Positions 1-14,700 of a stretch of DNA of 64,000 bases are shown here, piece by piece. The notes beneath the pieces are model-generated. The model made no database searches. It was not told the origin of the DNA and saw nothing but the letters and a program-made list of their open reading frames with translations. This DNA is from Bugula neritina (Eukaryota; Animalia; Bryozoa), in NCBI GenBank assembly GCA_964035545.1, contig OZ037768.1, forward strand, positions 5,736,741-5,800,740, read 5' to 3'. The stretch's first letter is position 1. Each line of letters opens with the position of its first letter. The position numbers and the translations under genes are program-made.

Positions 1-503
1 ATTAAATGTCACATTTGCAGCCGTAATATTGCTCGTAATAATTGACCCAATCACCTGAAATTTAAATAGTAGATATTTTATAATAGGCCTATTTGTTTTT
101 AGAATTGATTCTGTCCTTTACAATCTTATTTTTTATTAACTCTAAACCTTTGCAATCTGTTTTTACATTATTGTTTTACAAAAAACTAGTTTTGTATAAC
201 CACTAAAGTGTTTAAAAAACTAGAAACAATCTACAAATGTTTTACTTGATGCAACATAACAATAACATGGAGATGCAAAATGAAGCTGTGCATAGTATAA
301 TAAATATATTTTTTGTGTAGAACTATATACTGTAGCTTTACCATGTATTAGAGTGAGATTCTAAACATTTAATAAATATTCATTACCAAGTTCTGTACAA
401 TTTAGTAATATTAAGTTTTTGTGATCTATAAGATTGTACAAGTTTATATATTAAACTAGCAGGTTGTAACTATTTGTTGTTAAAATGATGCACTTATTTT
501 TAG

Positions 504-2318
504 TTACAAAGCCTGAAGTTGAATCTCTACTGAGGATGTTTAAAAAATATGTTCCCAACAGTGCCAACTTGGGTCACACACATCACAGTTCACGAATGGA
601 CAGAACAAAGTTTAGAGATGTATTGCACAACAGTTTTGACATGACTGATGACATGCTTATGGATCGGAGTGAGTTACTGCAATTAATAATAAAATATGCA
701 TTTATGTTCAGAATTTTAAATTCAATGTTGATGGTAATTCCAACACAAACAGCTATGTTTTTTAGAGCAAAGTATCTTTTACTTTTTTAACTTCTTCAAA
801 TTATGAATGGAAGTTTGCGTTTTAATTATGTATAACAGTGTTTTTGTTAAAATTTCTCAAATAACATTAAAATTTTATGCTAATATAAAAAGTGCTTCTC
901 CTTCTATTTTAAACTTTTTAGTGTAAAAGATTATACGCATTACTAAAAAGAATTTTATAACTATAGTGTAGAATGTCATTATTTACAATGGTTGTCTCAA
1001 AAAAAATGTTTTACATTACATGCATTTTGTATGACTTTGCTTTAGTTGAGTTAACTCTGTATCAACTAAATCATTTGATTTTACACTTTGTTGTATTTAT
1101 TTTAGTATACAGAGCATTTGATACTGATAGTGATGGGTTTGTAAACATGGAAGAGTGGGTACACGGGCTTTCTGTCTTCCTCCGTGGAACTCTTGACCAA
1201 CAAACACAATGTAAGCACCAAATCTATTGAAAATAGCTGCTTGGGTTTTTATTAAAAAAAATTTAGTATAAAATTGAAACTTCAGTATAATAAATTGTTG
1301 ACAAACTATATAAGAGTACAAGTCTTTCTGCTGCATGGCAAGAGCGCCTTTAACATGTGATTATTACATATATAACGCTTTAGCCATCGGATAATTTAAG
1401 TTTGAAATGAAACATCAATGGAGTTCTTGCTCTATGTCTTTTGTAACAATTTGTTAAGAATGATAAGAATTTTCTCATGTCACAATATAGAAATTTTTCT
1501 TAATATTCATTTAATTGTAGTTTGCTTTACCGTATTTGACCTAAATCAAGATGCATTTATTTCAAGAGATGAAATGTTTCAACTTTTGAAAAACTCTCTA
1601 ATAAAGGTTTGTTATTAGTCTTTATTTCTAATATGAATGCGTGCTTGTTTAAAAGTTGACTCAATATTTACTTTTTGGCATTATGTAACCCATACTTGCA
1701 CAAAGTTTGATGTATATATGTAAACTATTGTAGTCAATATAGCAAATATACAACATGGGTTGTTAAGTTATTGTGGATGCCCATCAAACACATTTTATTC
1801 TCTGTCATAGAACTATAACACAGCTCTAATTGTTTAATTTAGATTGAGATCTTTAAATTCTGGAAATAATGTTACTTTGTACATTTAATTCTTAGCAACC
1901 AACAGAAGAGGATCCAGATGAAGGCATTAAAGATTTAGTGGAGATAACTCTAAAAAAGATGGTAATAATTTATACAGTGTATGCATTCAGCTCAAGCTGT
2001 ACATATTGTGAATTCATTTCCCTTACATCTTGAATAGTAGGCTGCATTTATCAACTATGAATATGTTTCGCAGGATCTTGATCATGATGGTAGACTTTCA
2101 TACCAAGATTATAGTGAAGCTGTAAAAAGCGAACCTCTTCTTTTAGAAGCATTTGGCCCGTGTCTGCCAAGTTCATGGGTTTGTATTCTAATATAATTTA
2201 TTAGCTGCAATGTTTGACAACATCATCATGTAGTTGACATACACAGAACACTCCTGCATATTATTATATGTTATAGGCAAGAATTGCATTCCTTGCCACA
2301 TTCTCTGAAGATGTATAA
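504..2318 (+). CDS. EFCAB1: Calaxin / EF-hand calcium-binding domain protein 1 (axonemal dynein-associated Ca2+ sensor), 5'-partial
   Basis: GT-AG exons 504-668, 1106-1210, 1521-1606, 1896-1961, 2074-2178, 2277-2318 join in frame. Translation includes [96 protein letters not shown] and [13 protein letters not shown], which are characteristic calaxin motifs. Start exon not found in the window. Confidence 0.93.
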
Positions 2319-3525
2319 GCTGGAACACTCACTACCTTCACACAGTGACGATTTAGATGCCAATGCAATCCGCACTAGATTATATTCTACAAGTATTTAC
2401 AAGCTTGAAAAGATGCTTTTAAAAACAAGATCTGTGTATTTCAGATGTGTATATATAATAATTATTTGTTAGTTATCTTGTGGTTAGGTATCTTATTACT
2501 ATATCAATGTGTTACACTATGTTATGGAGTTGGAACTATGAAATAAATTTGTATCAATACATGTGGAAATTGCACAGTCAAATTATACACAAAAAGCATA
2601 AATCAACTAGTTTTATGGGTAAAATTTATTTACTTCACCTACTTTAATTAAGTAGAATTTTTGCAGCTTTTCTACAAAGTAATAAATACAACATATGAAT
2701 ATACAAAATTGCATAAATAATTGAGGATTTATATAAAAAATAGACAAGTAATGTAACCTGGTCTAGCAAAATGAAGTAATAATACAATTGAAAATGTTAT
2801 AAGGTCAACCACACTGCTTATGCAAGAACAGCATATTACTTTATTAATTTAATTCCATCATAAGGTGAATAACTTATTACCAGGACAAAACTACAAATGA
2901 ATAAAAATCATGGGACTTGGACGGAATAAACAATCCTGTTAGAAAACAAGAACAGTATGGCTAGTGTTAGAAGAAAATAAAGTGCGTTATACTAGCTAAA
3001 AGGCATGCTAACACACACCAACTTTACAGACGTGACTTGTGACTTTACAGACGCCGCAAATTTTAATAACGTACACTTCAATTTATTTACCTTAAAATTG
3101 TTAGGAATGTAGAAGAAATCAGATTATTATGAATTTTGTATAGCTACTTCAATATACTAAGCCAATCTGAGATATAACTATGGAGTTATCTTCACAAATC
3201 AAAGCACATTTATATTAGATGATGACCAACACACAGCAGGTAGATATTACCTGCTTATGCTTTTAGTCAAATAAAATATTAAGTTCTTAGACATTTCTGA
3301 GAAATCAAATGCTTTACTCATTTATAACCAACCACTCCCAGCAGAGAACCAGCAAAGAGCTCTTGTACCCAGAAGGTAATATAAATAATACATGCACTTA
3401 CAGTGAATAATATGTGGGACCAGCAGGTACAAAATAACTAGCACCTTTCAAACCATCCCCCACATCAATAAATAACACCACAAATGCTGTGTAACATAGA
3501 TTCAGATAATTAGTTCAACAAGTGG

Positions 3526-6500
3526 TCACACATCTTTATTGCTTCTCCTGTGAAAGAAGCTGAACCTTCGCCTATCAGTTCTGTTGAAGGGAGATTTCTG
3601 CTTGACTTCAGGAGTTGTCTGCTTTGCTGAGGCTTGACTGGTTGACGCAGTGCGAGACAAAGAAGCATGCGCTGACGTACCAGCGGCAGCAGAGGGTGTA
3701 TTCGGTGTACTCGCCACATTCAGTGGTTTGGCAGATGACTTCTGTTCCAACAGAAACATACAGCGCACCTGGTTCTCTACCATCTCCTCCATGTCCAGCT
3801 ACATAATATATGTACACACAGCTTCAACAGCTTGCTGCAGTTATACTTTAAGAACTAATTCAGCTGCCTGATGCAGGAAATATGTTTACAATTAGTCAGT
3901 ATGCTTTTGTTATATACAGGAGACTGTGAGGGAGCAGCTGTGGTTTAGTAGTTAGAGAGTTAGAGTGTACCTAGTAAACACAAAGTCATGGGTTTGACAA
4001 AAGGCCATTGGTAATGTTGGTGATGTTTACAATTAGTCAGCTTCCCATGTATGTTTTTCTTATATACAGCAAACCGTGACGGCCTTTACTCACCTGCCAC
4101 TGCTCAACCTGCTGAGAGAGTTTTACTTTCTTCTGTATAGTCTCAAGTAATTCTCTCTCCAACTTCCTGTTGTCGGCTTTCGTAGACTGAAGTTCTTCTT
4201 TTAGTTTGGAGATGGTTGAATCAGCTGCTTCCCTTTCCTTAACAAATGAGTCAACAGAGATGTTGGGTGGGGCCTACTTTTATATGATATGAGAGTAAAA
4301 CTGGTTTATAAAGAACCAAGTCTATAAACTAAACTCATGCAGACACACATTTTATTAAAACCTTAACCAACAGCAAACACTAAAACACATGCTTTGCAGG
4401 AAAATAATAAAAAGCATATCCACTACCTCCTTCAGCTTCTTTTCCAGCTCGTCAGTTTGTTTTGTAGCCTTAGAGGTGCGTGATTGACTGAGATCGCACT
4501 CCAACATATCAATCTTAAAGGAACGTCAACAAAACCAGACATAAATAAGCGAAAACATATGCATACATGCTTGGCTGAGCAAAGCAAAAGTATCGACATT
4601 CATGACTAGCAAATACATGTGTATCACACTAAATGACACGACTACTTCGCTATATTATGGCTATGCTCTACTAAACATGGCAAAGTAATCCAGCACTACA
4701 TGTACAGACACTACACGGCTACAATATTTCACATGCAGTAATGGTGATCAAGATTAAGTAGACAAATTCCTATAAGACTTCAGAAAATACAGGTAAGGAA
4801 ATGAGAAAACCTGATTTCAGTGAGCTTGTTACTGCAGGGTTACACAGGGCAAATAATTAAGCCAATACACAACACAGTCAGTACTGAAACTTAGTGGGGT
4901 TAGGTACTAGAGCTACGAAATTAAAGTGGTGAAGCTATGCTAGCAACTTTCATAGATAATATGCTAATTCGAACACAATATGGCAGTTGAATTAGCATGC
5001 AATCAAGTACTAATGTGATGCAGTGTTTAGAGTGGCCCAGTTAATGAGAGTGCAGGGTTTGCGATAACTTTGAAAATAAAGTGATGGCATGAACAATGAG
5101 GTGTATTGCTGGAGATATTCTACATTGAAGAGCAGAAGGCAGCTGGCAGCATGTTGATAAGCATATATTGCGAGTAACTTTGGGTCCTAAAGAGTCCCAG
5201 AGTAGATTATTGGGTAAGTTCAAACAGAACAATGCTCATACCTGTAACTGCATACAACGAAACAAAATAAATCACAATATAATAACTTATATCACCATAG
5301 CAATACAATATCATGCACTCAGGTTGAAGGAATCCTAACCAACCACAGCATGTCTGTATTGAAAGTGACTCATCATAATATATCAAATAAAGGGCGTATA
5401 ACAATGTCATGGCAATAGAGTACCACAACCAAAGATATCCAAGTATGCCCAGTTTATGTATACCACAGTTCATCTACTAGAAATATATCAATATGCTGCA
5501 TTTGAACTCGTAACCAATACAGAGCAAAGTTTACCTTTTCTGATTGCTCGGCCAGTGAACTTTTCATATCGGCTATTTGTGCCAACAATGAGCCCATTTG
5601 ATGTCTTCTTGTTACTAAGTAACGGACATGTTTAGCTGTAGAGATCAATTCCCCGTTACTGATGTCTTTACTTGTGTTGACCTTCGGTTTAGATGGAGAG
5701 GCAGAAGCGCATTCACTCACTTCCAGCTCCTCAATAATAGCCTGTAGTTCTTGAAATGTGTCCAGCACTTCCAGTTTCAGCTGCAACATACAGACTTTTG
5801 TCAACTCTGTTGATATAAATAAGTAATAGATTTTAAGGACAGTGACAGTGTCAGTATACATGCATACTATGTAACACCACTTATGCTGATGAATGTCACA
5901 GCAAATAAGAATCGGAAATTAACTCCCCAATACAATTTGCTACCAAATTTGGCGACAATACATTAGATACGTTTGTATGGGAGCCCAGATGACACATATC
6001 AAAATAGTATGCAGTTCATATCTTGCGTCAGCAGTAATAGCAATGTATGCAGCCTAAGGTATGGTGTGCAAATCCCCTGACAAAAGTGAAATAATTAATG
6101 GGCTTTAGGACTAAATAATTATACCAGTTGACTATTTGCAGTAAAAGTGACTTAACATACTAAATGGCCACCTGTTTTATTTTCAATCGACTCAGTTTGA
6201 AAAGTTTCACATTCTTTCCGATTTACCAGTTCCCACACACCAAGTAATGTTTTGCCATGACTACAGAACGTAACTGCCTAATGACACCACAGTATCACTA
6301 CACACAGCATATTACACACAGCATAGTACACACAGTATATTACACACAGTATAGTACACACAGTATATTACACACAGTATAGTACACAGTAAATTACACA
6401 CAGTAAATTACACACAGTATATTACACACAGTATAGTACACACAGTATATTACACACAGTATATTACACACAGTATATTACACACAGTATATTACACACA

Positions 6501-9500
6501 GTATATTACACACAGTATATTACACACAGTATAGTACACAGTATATTACACACAGTATATTACACACAGTATATTACACACAGTATATAACACACAGCAT
6601 ATTACACAGAGTATATTACACACAGTATAGTACACACAGTATAGTACACACAGTATATTACACACAGTATATTACACAGAGTATATTACACACAGTATAT
6701 TACACAGTATAGCACACACAGTATATTACACACAGTATATTACACACAGTATATAACACACAGTATATTACACACAGTATATTACACACAGTATATTACA
6801 CACAGCATATTACACACAGTATAGTACACACAGTATATTACACACAGTATATTACACAGTATATTACACACAGTATATTACACACAGTATATTACACACA
6901 GTATATTACACCTGGAATAAAATACTGAGCTATCTGTATGTCTAACCTGACTCAAGTTATCAACTGGGAGCACAGTATTGGCTTCTTCACTGTCTAACTC
7001 ATCTAGTAGACTGAGATTTGAGCTGTAGCCTGAGGTGAGAGATTTCTGTGAGTATTCCAACTCCTCAAGGAAGGAGGGTGAGCTAACTGATGAGTTTGAA
7101 GCTAACTCATGAATCTGTTCAAACAGTTCTGTGTTTTTTTCCTTCAAGATCTCTATCTGTTTATCACTTATCCGCACCTGTTGATTGAAGATGGAATTGA
7201 GATCGCTTACAAAATAAATCTCAAAAACCCAGGAGACATTTTTTACTGTGGATATTTCAAATGAAAGAGACGCAACTAACAGAGTCATACAAATATGTAC
7301 ATGACTAGTAACAGAGCAAATTAGTTTTGGATATCAAATCAGTAAAGTTTTGTATTGTTTTTGCCCTCTTTCTTAGAATGTCTATTCCCACGCATCCAGC
7401 CATGATAAGACGGCACCACCCAAACAGCTCTCTTTTTTAACCACAGCTGGTAAAGATATTATGAGCCATGGTGGGGAAACAAGATAACACCAATTAATAA
7501 ACAGACATGATAATTAATCAACTTTCATTTTAATCTTGACCAAGATGGGCAATAAAATCTACTGAATGCTAGCAATAGTGTCTTCAGTAAAATATGGAGT
7601 ATCCAGTATAGTATGGAGTATTGAATATGACAAGCTGTTGCTAGAAGAAGTTGAGCAGCATGCTAATCTGATAAGGGACACCAAGCACATGTTATCTCCT
7701 GTCATTTCACTCATTAGACATGTGTCAATACAGCACAGCAAAGTAGTTAGCAGCATATCACTTCTATATTATTTTAATATAATCATAATATACTCATTTT
7801 CACACGCCCTTAACGGGTGGGACTAAGATTCTAACGACTAACTCCATGTGTTGGAGTTGCTCAAAGGAATGACTCATAAAATACAGTAATTTGACCAAAC
7901 TTAGCGAGCTAAAAAACAGAGGTAGGTTAGAGGTTAGAAAAACTAGATGAGAAACTTTGCAAAATAATTTACACTTCCATGATTGTCAACACACACCGAA
8001 ACCGAAGCTTATAAAAACCATCTAAAACCTTTGGCTATTAAAATTTCTTCGTTATCTTAAGACTTAAATGCATTAGCCTACACATGATGAATATTTTACC
8101 TATAGTGCGATCATTGATTTATATAAAACTTTAACAGTTAATGCAATATTGGAATGAAGCTTTTATACCTTTGTTATACATACATGATGTATATATAGAA
8201 AAAGTATACACTATATAGTATGCATGCAGTATATATAACTACTATAACAGTATAGTAAACTGTATAACCCACACAACACTTTGATTGTCAAGCTGTTAGG
8301 TAGAACTATTACATTAGTTTGTCCAATGACTTACTGTTTTCCCAAACCAGAAATTTGGTACATCGTTTTTACAACAACACCTCAAAGAGTGTATGTAACG
8401 TAAGCACTTTGACGACCATAAGGAATTCTAGAGCAACACGAGAACGAACCTGCTCGAGAGCTTCCTGCTTCTCTTTCTCCAGCAAACCATTCTTATAGGA
8501 GAGTTCGTCGCACTTCTTGTTGTACCTGTCATTCAGATTGGTGAGCATGCTGACTTTCTGCTCGGCATCCTGGTGCTTCCGTCTGATCATCGACTCCTGC
8601 ATGGAAATAGTCAGCATTACAATACCAGTAATACTAGAGACTTTTGCATATAATTACACATCTTCTTCTACACTCAGCAATGATATTCTCTGCATTTCCA
8701 TTGCTTCATGTGAATGAATTTTTCATTCTCATTGTTTGGAAATAGTTCCTTCGAATGAAACCACTGTAACCATACGTTAATGCAAACCCGTTAATGCAAA
8801 CCACAACCACAAATTGCTCTGAGCACATATATTCATAGGATCCATTTGAAGCAATGGAACGGCAGTGATAGTGACATGATACAGTGACAGGGGACACAAC
8901 TCATGGTCCACTGTAGCCTCAGTACCTTAGTGCACAGGTCATTGTAGTCTTGTGTCAGTGAACTATTTGATGCTTTCAGATCATCTAAACATCTTTTCAA
9001 ATCCTGATTGGCAGCCTTCAACAGTTCTTCAGACTCCAAAACCTGGCAGCAACACAAATAATCATATTACTGCTACTAGCTAATCAACTGCTGTTAAGAA
9101 ATGAGAAATTAATTAAAACAAGAAACAAAAGCATGCTAAGAGATAATTCACTGCAAGGTGATGCATCAACATGTTTTACACAACCAACAATGTAGTCTAG
9201 TGACTACAGTCTACAGCCTAAAATATGCTGAAAAATTACTAACAGTAAAAGCCAAAAAAAAAAAACTCAAAGCTTGCAGAGGCCTCTCTAGAAGAGATTT
9301 GGTGCATCCACCACTTGCCCCCCCCCCCGCCCTCCCAGGCACCTGACAACACCCTGATTACCTTGTCCAGCTCCTGGGAGAGTCGCTGGTTCTGCTGAGC
9401 AAGTTGGTTGATCTCTTGAGCACTCTGACTTTGTATAGCAAACTGCTTAGCCCTAGCACTCAGCTGTTCTCTCAGCACCATTATGTCTTCATTGTGGGTC

Positions 9501-11373
9501 CTCATCACATCGTCCCACTCCACTGAATGCTTAGCTAGCTGATTCTTCAACCACATATTTTCACTCTTGAGTTTCTACAAAATGTGAAACAAGCAGCTGT
9601 AAGATGTCAGTACCAGATGAAGGGTAGAGGGAAGCCTTAGGTTCAGTGTTTAGTCCACAGTAACAGTGTGAAGGGTACATTAGCCGTAACTACTTCTGTG
9701 TTCTCAACAGAGTAAGGACCAGGGTTTCCATATCATGAAAAAAGAATATTGCTAGAAGCAGCACTGACTTAGGGGGTGACTGAGTACAGTATTTGTATAC
9801 ACTTCAAACTCTAAACCGCCAACCAAAATACTCAGCGACCACCAGCTCGGTGCTGCTTCAAGCAACTTCCAAGACGAAATATAGCCTCTCCTCTAGGAGT
9901 TGTCCAACACCTCAGCTGCCCATCAACTGGTCACATCTGAAGCTTTGGTTGGAGAGTTTTTTTGGCATAAATAAAGCAATCAGATAACAAAGACTATGAG
10001 TAATTTTGAAATGTATTGGGGATTTATTCCAGTATTTGCTTCTACACACAGTTTCTGAGCATAAAGTTTCTACACATACACTTGCTGCACACACAATACG
10101 CCTCAGCTAGTATATTGATTTGCACCTGATTGCTGAATGCAGTGTATTACAGGACAAGTATTTGGAATATGAGATATTCTATAGACAACCATGTTTCTGT
10201 CAACAAACAATGTATGTGTTTGTGTAAAATAACCCAAGTGGGTGGGTCTGCAACATATCAGATGACTGCATCTTTCATGCTATTATATATATATATATAT
10301 ATATATAGGACTATATATATAATATATAATATAAAATATATATAATATAAAATATATATAATATAAAATATATATAATATATAGGACTATAAAATGTGAG
10401 CAAAAGCTCTAGATTCTATAATATAAAATGTATAACATCTGAACAGTGTAGGTATGCTTCACAGTGTAAAATAGAATAAATATTATGTTCTGCTTATTCC
10501 AATAGGGTTTAATTGAATTTTCATATTCAAATTTATAAAATACTATATAATATCCAGTAACTAGTGGAGCTCTAGGTATATCAAGGTGTGTGAGGCAACA
10601 GGTGACTATGGAAACCTTATATCTATCATTTTATGTTAAGTATTAACCTATGACTAGCTAATAGTTAGCACAACACTATTACTGGCCCACTCTAACTGAT
10701 GAATAAAAAAACTTCATAGATTACTAACTATGAGCATGGTTATGTAACATGAGTTGTCACACTAGAATAGTTATAGTAAATCCTAATCAATTATCACCAA
10801 GAGAACTTAGTGAGGTGTCATTGGATAAACATTAGTGTGAATCAGTACAAAATTAATTACTGAATTTTCAAAATGCTGAAACCTAAAAATTCTGATATAA
10901 CAATTTAAATGCGTTGGTTTTAATGAAATGAAACACATAACTAAAAAGACAATTAAATGATTTGCGCTTCATGAGTGGTGAAACTAAATCTTTTCATTTT
11001 AAGATCAGAACATAAAACTTTAGGGCAAAATGTGGAATTGTTCTATAAGCAGCTCCAAGTTGGGGGTGAAGGACCATTTTAGTTTGGAAGTCTCAAGCTT
11101 GGAGTTGAGACCAAACTCCAAACTTGAGACCCCCAAACTAAAATGGTCCTTCACCCCCAACTTGGAGCTGCTTATAGAACAATCCCAAAATATGGGCCAC
11201 ATAGCTTTCCAAGTTCTCACCTCTGTCTGAGAATGATAGTCCTGATAAGCTCTGTCATACTCCCTTGTCAAGGACTCGTTTTTCTCTAAAAGAGCTTTAC
11301 CAAGTTCCCCAGCAAGTTGAAGGTCATTTTCACGTTCTTCAAGCATGCGGTAAACTTCATCAATGGAAGACAT
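3526..11373 (-). CDS. BICDL1: BICD family-like cargo adapter (BICDR/CCDC64-type coiled-coil dynein adaptor), ~548 aa
   Basis: Phase-0 exons 11373-11221, 9574-9362, 9042-8926, 8596-8450, 7177-6947, 5780-5535, 4513-4427, 4273-4094, 3798-3526. N-terminal CC1-box DLQLAGELGKALLEKN; C-terminal LLETIQKKVKLSQQVEQWQLDMEEMV matches the BICDR end region. ATG in gccATG context with stops in all three frames upstream within the same exon. BICDL1 versus BICDL2 orthology cannot be resolved. Confidence 0.82.
6298..6911. repeat. 14-bp minisatellite (CACACAGTATATTA)n, roughly 44 copies, intronic
   Basis: Directly visible tandem array with variant units (TAGTA/TATTA, CAGCA) and occasional CA deletions. Confidence 0.97.
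10284..10390. repeat. (TA)n microsatellite followed by a TATAATATAAAATATA-type tandem repeat
   Basis: Directly visible. Confidence 0.9.
11037..11183. repeat. 147-bp hairpin (70-bp arms, ~7-nt loop), MITE-like
   Basis: attgttctataagcagctccaagttgggggtgaaggacc... is the reverse complement of ...ggtccttcacccccaacttggagctgcttatagaacaat; about 3 mismatches. Confidence 0.95.
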
Positions 11374-11719
11374 GGCTTCTACTCAATCAAAAACTCCAAC
11401 ATCCAGCCCAGGACCAATTCTAAAAATTTATAGAATTCACAATGAACAGAGATCAGCTTGCTATATTTCACTCACTGATAGTGGCAGTCAGCATGTTAAC
11501 TGATGTAACTAGCCAGTGACACCTGCTAAGTAGTGTCAGATGAGTAGCAGGCTACATGTATTATGAGATCTTTAAATTGAGACTACAGAGCAGGTGCTTG
11601 TACAGTTCTCCTCATTATTGTGCCCAAAAACTGGTAATGGCTAGGTAAAGACAATGAAATGCTAAGCAAGGACACCTTTGTTGAAAAATGGAAAGAGTTA
11701 CCATGCTCAAAAGCCAACC

Positions 11720-14700
11720 AATAGACCATGTAAGATTGGTACATTTACTACCTTGTACCAATTCTAGAATACTCACCACTATAACTTATATAAACTTCTG
11801 CAAGTTCAAATGCAAAATGCATACTTCTAGGAAATAGCTGTGCAACTTTTATTACATGCATTATTTTATTTCATATCTTAAATTTATGAAACATGAGTTC
11901 ATTTTTCAAAATGTTTAATTCAAGTGCTTAAAAAATGCAAATAAAAAGTACAAGTTTAAAAAAATACCCTGGTGCAAATTGACCACAGCCCCAGCTGTTT
12001 TGGCAAAACACATTTAATGACATTTTCATTGACATAGTGGTAAATGGGCTGGTTGTTTTTGGCAGATGAGTAGCACGCTGGCTGGCTGCAACTTTATACA
12101 ATTCTGATTGGCTGGACTCTACCTGACCAGCTAATGATTGTATATGATTGGCCTAATAATTCATTTGCATTTGAAAATGTAGAGTTTTATATAAGTTATA
12201 GTGGTGATATTTTAGAGTTGGTACACACCCATTTTTGGTTGAGTTTTATAGTCTGATCATGCTGTAGTCATCTACAATACTTCAGTGTATGGGGAAATTA
12301 TTAGTATTACGAAATCTGTTCTGGCTTATATTGCTATGCCAGTTTTCTGGCTTGGTTTGTAATAAACCATAGGCAGCTATATAACTTAGGTGATTTCATC
12401 GAAGGTAGACACTGTTTAGGTGCAGCAAATCAAACACTGTTGTTACTATTGCAAAACAGTAGCAATAGCATAGCACAGTCAGCGCACTGTAATGGCAGTG
12501 CTGCACCATATTTATCATCACTAGCATATATTTACAGCACACTGACGAACACATGTATAAGCATGTGCTAAGCATAAATTAGTAGCTTATGTACCCACCA
12601 TTATTTTACTTAAAAAAATTACAACAGTAATTTTTTTAACTTGGTTGCATATTTATTTGCAGGGGTTAAAATGCACAGCTTTTAGCAATAGACAACATAG
12701 ACGATTTATATAAAAATGAGCTTTAACCTGTAGTGCTTAGCATGCTAGTCTACACTGTTACTTGGTATCATGACTATTTTGTACATTATTTACTTAGTGA
12801 AACAGCATGTTTATCCCACAAATGCAATGCCATCAGCCATAGGACAATATAGTCCAGTTTTTTCAACTATGAAGTAATTTTGTTAGCAGCTTGCTTCATT
12901 TTTAAGTGATATTTAACGTGAGCTTCTCAGTCTCAAGTCATTGTTCGAGCAAATATCTGCACCTAGCTCTGAAGCTATACTAATGAGTTTTCAATACATG
13001 TTTTTCCTCACTCAAAGTAATCATCAACCACCATTGAGGCAGGAAGATGACAAAAACATTCCGAGGGCTATAGTATCCAATACCATATGCCAGCCATTAA
13101 AACTTCACTATAGTGCTTCCGGAGCACACCTATTTCTACTACATGGCGATCTTCCTACAGTATTTACTTATTTCCTAGCCATGCCACCTGGAAAGAAAGG
13201 CCATTTTCAACTGTCTAGAATGCAGTAACTCTAAACTAAATTAATTGCTATATCCTTAGAATCCAGGTTAAAAGAGCAATCAACCATAAAGGACTTGATA
13301 TCCTAAATAGTCCTGGAGGTGTAAGCTTACTGTTTGCATCTCTTTTAGAAAATATTATAATAGTCTGCTGTGCTTTCTGCAGCTACCTTTGGTAACCAAT
13401 AAAGTGTAGCACTTTAATATATTTTTTTGGTGTGCTATTGTATATGCATGTGCTATACCACTATGCTTTGTAAGTTAAAGTCTGATATTAATGGTTTTTG
13501 GGTGAAAGAAAATGGCAGCTCAGACTCGATGCTTATTTTTGCAAAATACAGCCTCATATATGGATAATATTTTGTTGGTAGCAATGTTGTATGCAGTCAG
13601 TGTTGAAATATAATGCCTTCATTACAGTTTTAGTGGGATCAGCAATTTCTTTGTAACTATCATGTTGCATCACACAATAAGAAAAAAATGTTCATCAAAT
13701 CCAATGTTTAATCACCATTTATTCTAGCATACCAGAGAACCTTTGTATTTTACCCAACTGACTAAAACATGTATTGAAAACTCATTAGTAAAATTGTTGA
13801 TGTTATTGCAGTAGCTTCACAGCTAAGTGTAGGCACTTCATCCAGCAATGGTTTGAGGCTGATTACTTCACAGTTAAAAGAATCTAGAGTCTATAGATTC
13901 TAGACTATATTGTCCCATGGCTAATGTCATTACATTTGTAGGATAATCATGCTGTTTCGCTAAGTAAATCATATACAAGAAAGGGTTATCAACATGGTAT
14001 TATATGGTGATGATACCAACTGGCAATATAGACCCACATGCAAGGCATTACATGTTAATACTAATTTTTATACAAAATGTCTACATTATCTGTGCAATTA
14101 AACTCTTGCAGATTAATATGTGATTGATTAAAAAAGCTAATGCTATATAAATTTAAAAAAAATAGTAGTGAGTACACAAGCAAATAACTTATGGTTAGCG
14201 TAGGTTCATGCATTTGTAATATGCGTGTGAAGCAATTTTTTAAATAATTATATTAAAGTAAACTGAAGCGCAAAGTAATCAGACCATGAGAATGTATTCA
14301 GTAATATGCATTGATTTAAAACTAAATCATGAAATGATTATCATTTTTGCAACCTCTGTACTTGGTAGACAGGATAGAGAGGGGTGGTGTGACTGCTGTA
14401 ACTGTGTTACTGCTCTACATACTAACAGACTAGGCTAGTGTATTTAAGTGCTTTACATAAGATATTTTAATAAAACTGGTGAGTTTAGTGTGGCCACTGC
14501 CATTGCAGCTTGGTGACTGTGCTAATGTGCTATGCTCTCACTACTGCTTTACAATACAACCAAGTAACAGCACTGGTTGATTTGATGTTCTAAGGCCAAG
14601 TAATGTCTACCTCTGATGAAATCACCGAAGTTATAACAGCCTGCATATAGTTGATGAAAAACTAAGTCAGAAAACTGGCATAGCAATATAAGCCAAAACA

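Noticed and set aside
3841-3867. Alternative last exon for the BICD-like gene (cag|GCAGCTGAATTAGTTCTTAAAGTATAA)
   Set aside because: The acceptor lacks a good pyrimidine tract, and the acceptor at 3798 restores the conserved WQxDM motif.
3882-4082. Short direct duplication (atgtttacaattagtcag...ttatatacag) bracketing a segment with weak A/B-box resemblance (tRNA or SINE)
   Set aside because: Boxes are too degenerate and no cloverleaf can be drawn; at most a decayed SINE fragment.
11030-11230. ORFs on both strands with the same peptide (CSISSSKLGVKDHFSL)
   Set aside because: Artefact of the 147-bp hairpin; the real exon ends at the donor at 11221.
12985-13900. Faint RecQ-helicase-like fragments on the minus strand inside the foldback (PLLDEVPTLSCEATAI; LAYGIG; VDDYFE*GK), which would suggest an AcademH-type transposon
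   Set aside because: Fragments are short, broken by stops and frameshifts, wrongly spaced, and partly lie in sequence mirrored in the other arm. Only a TBLASTN/HMM hit would rescue this.
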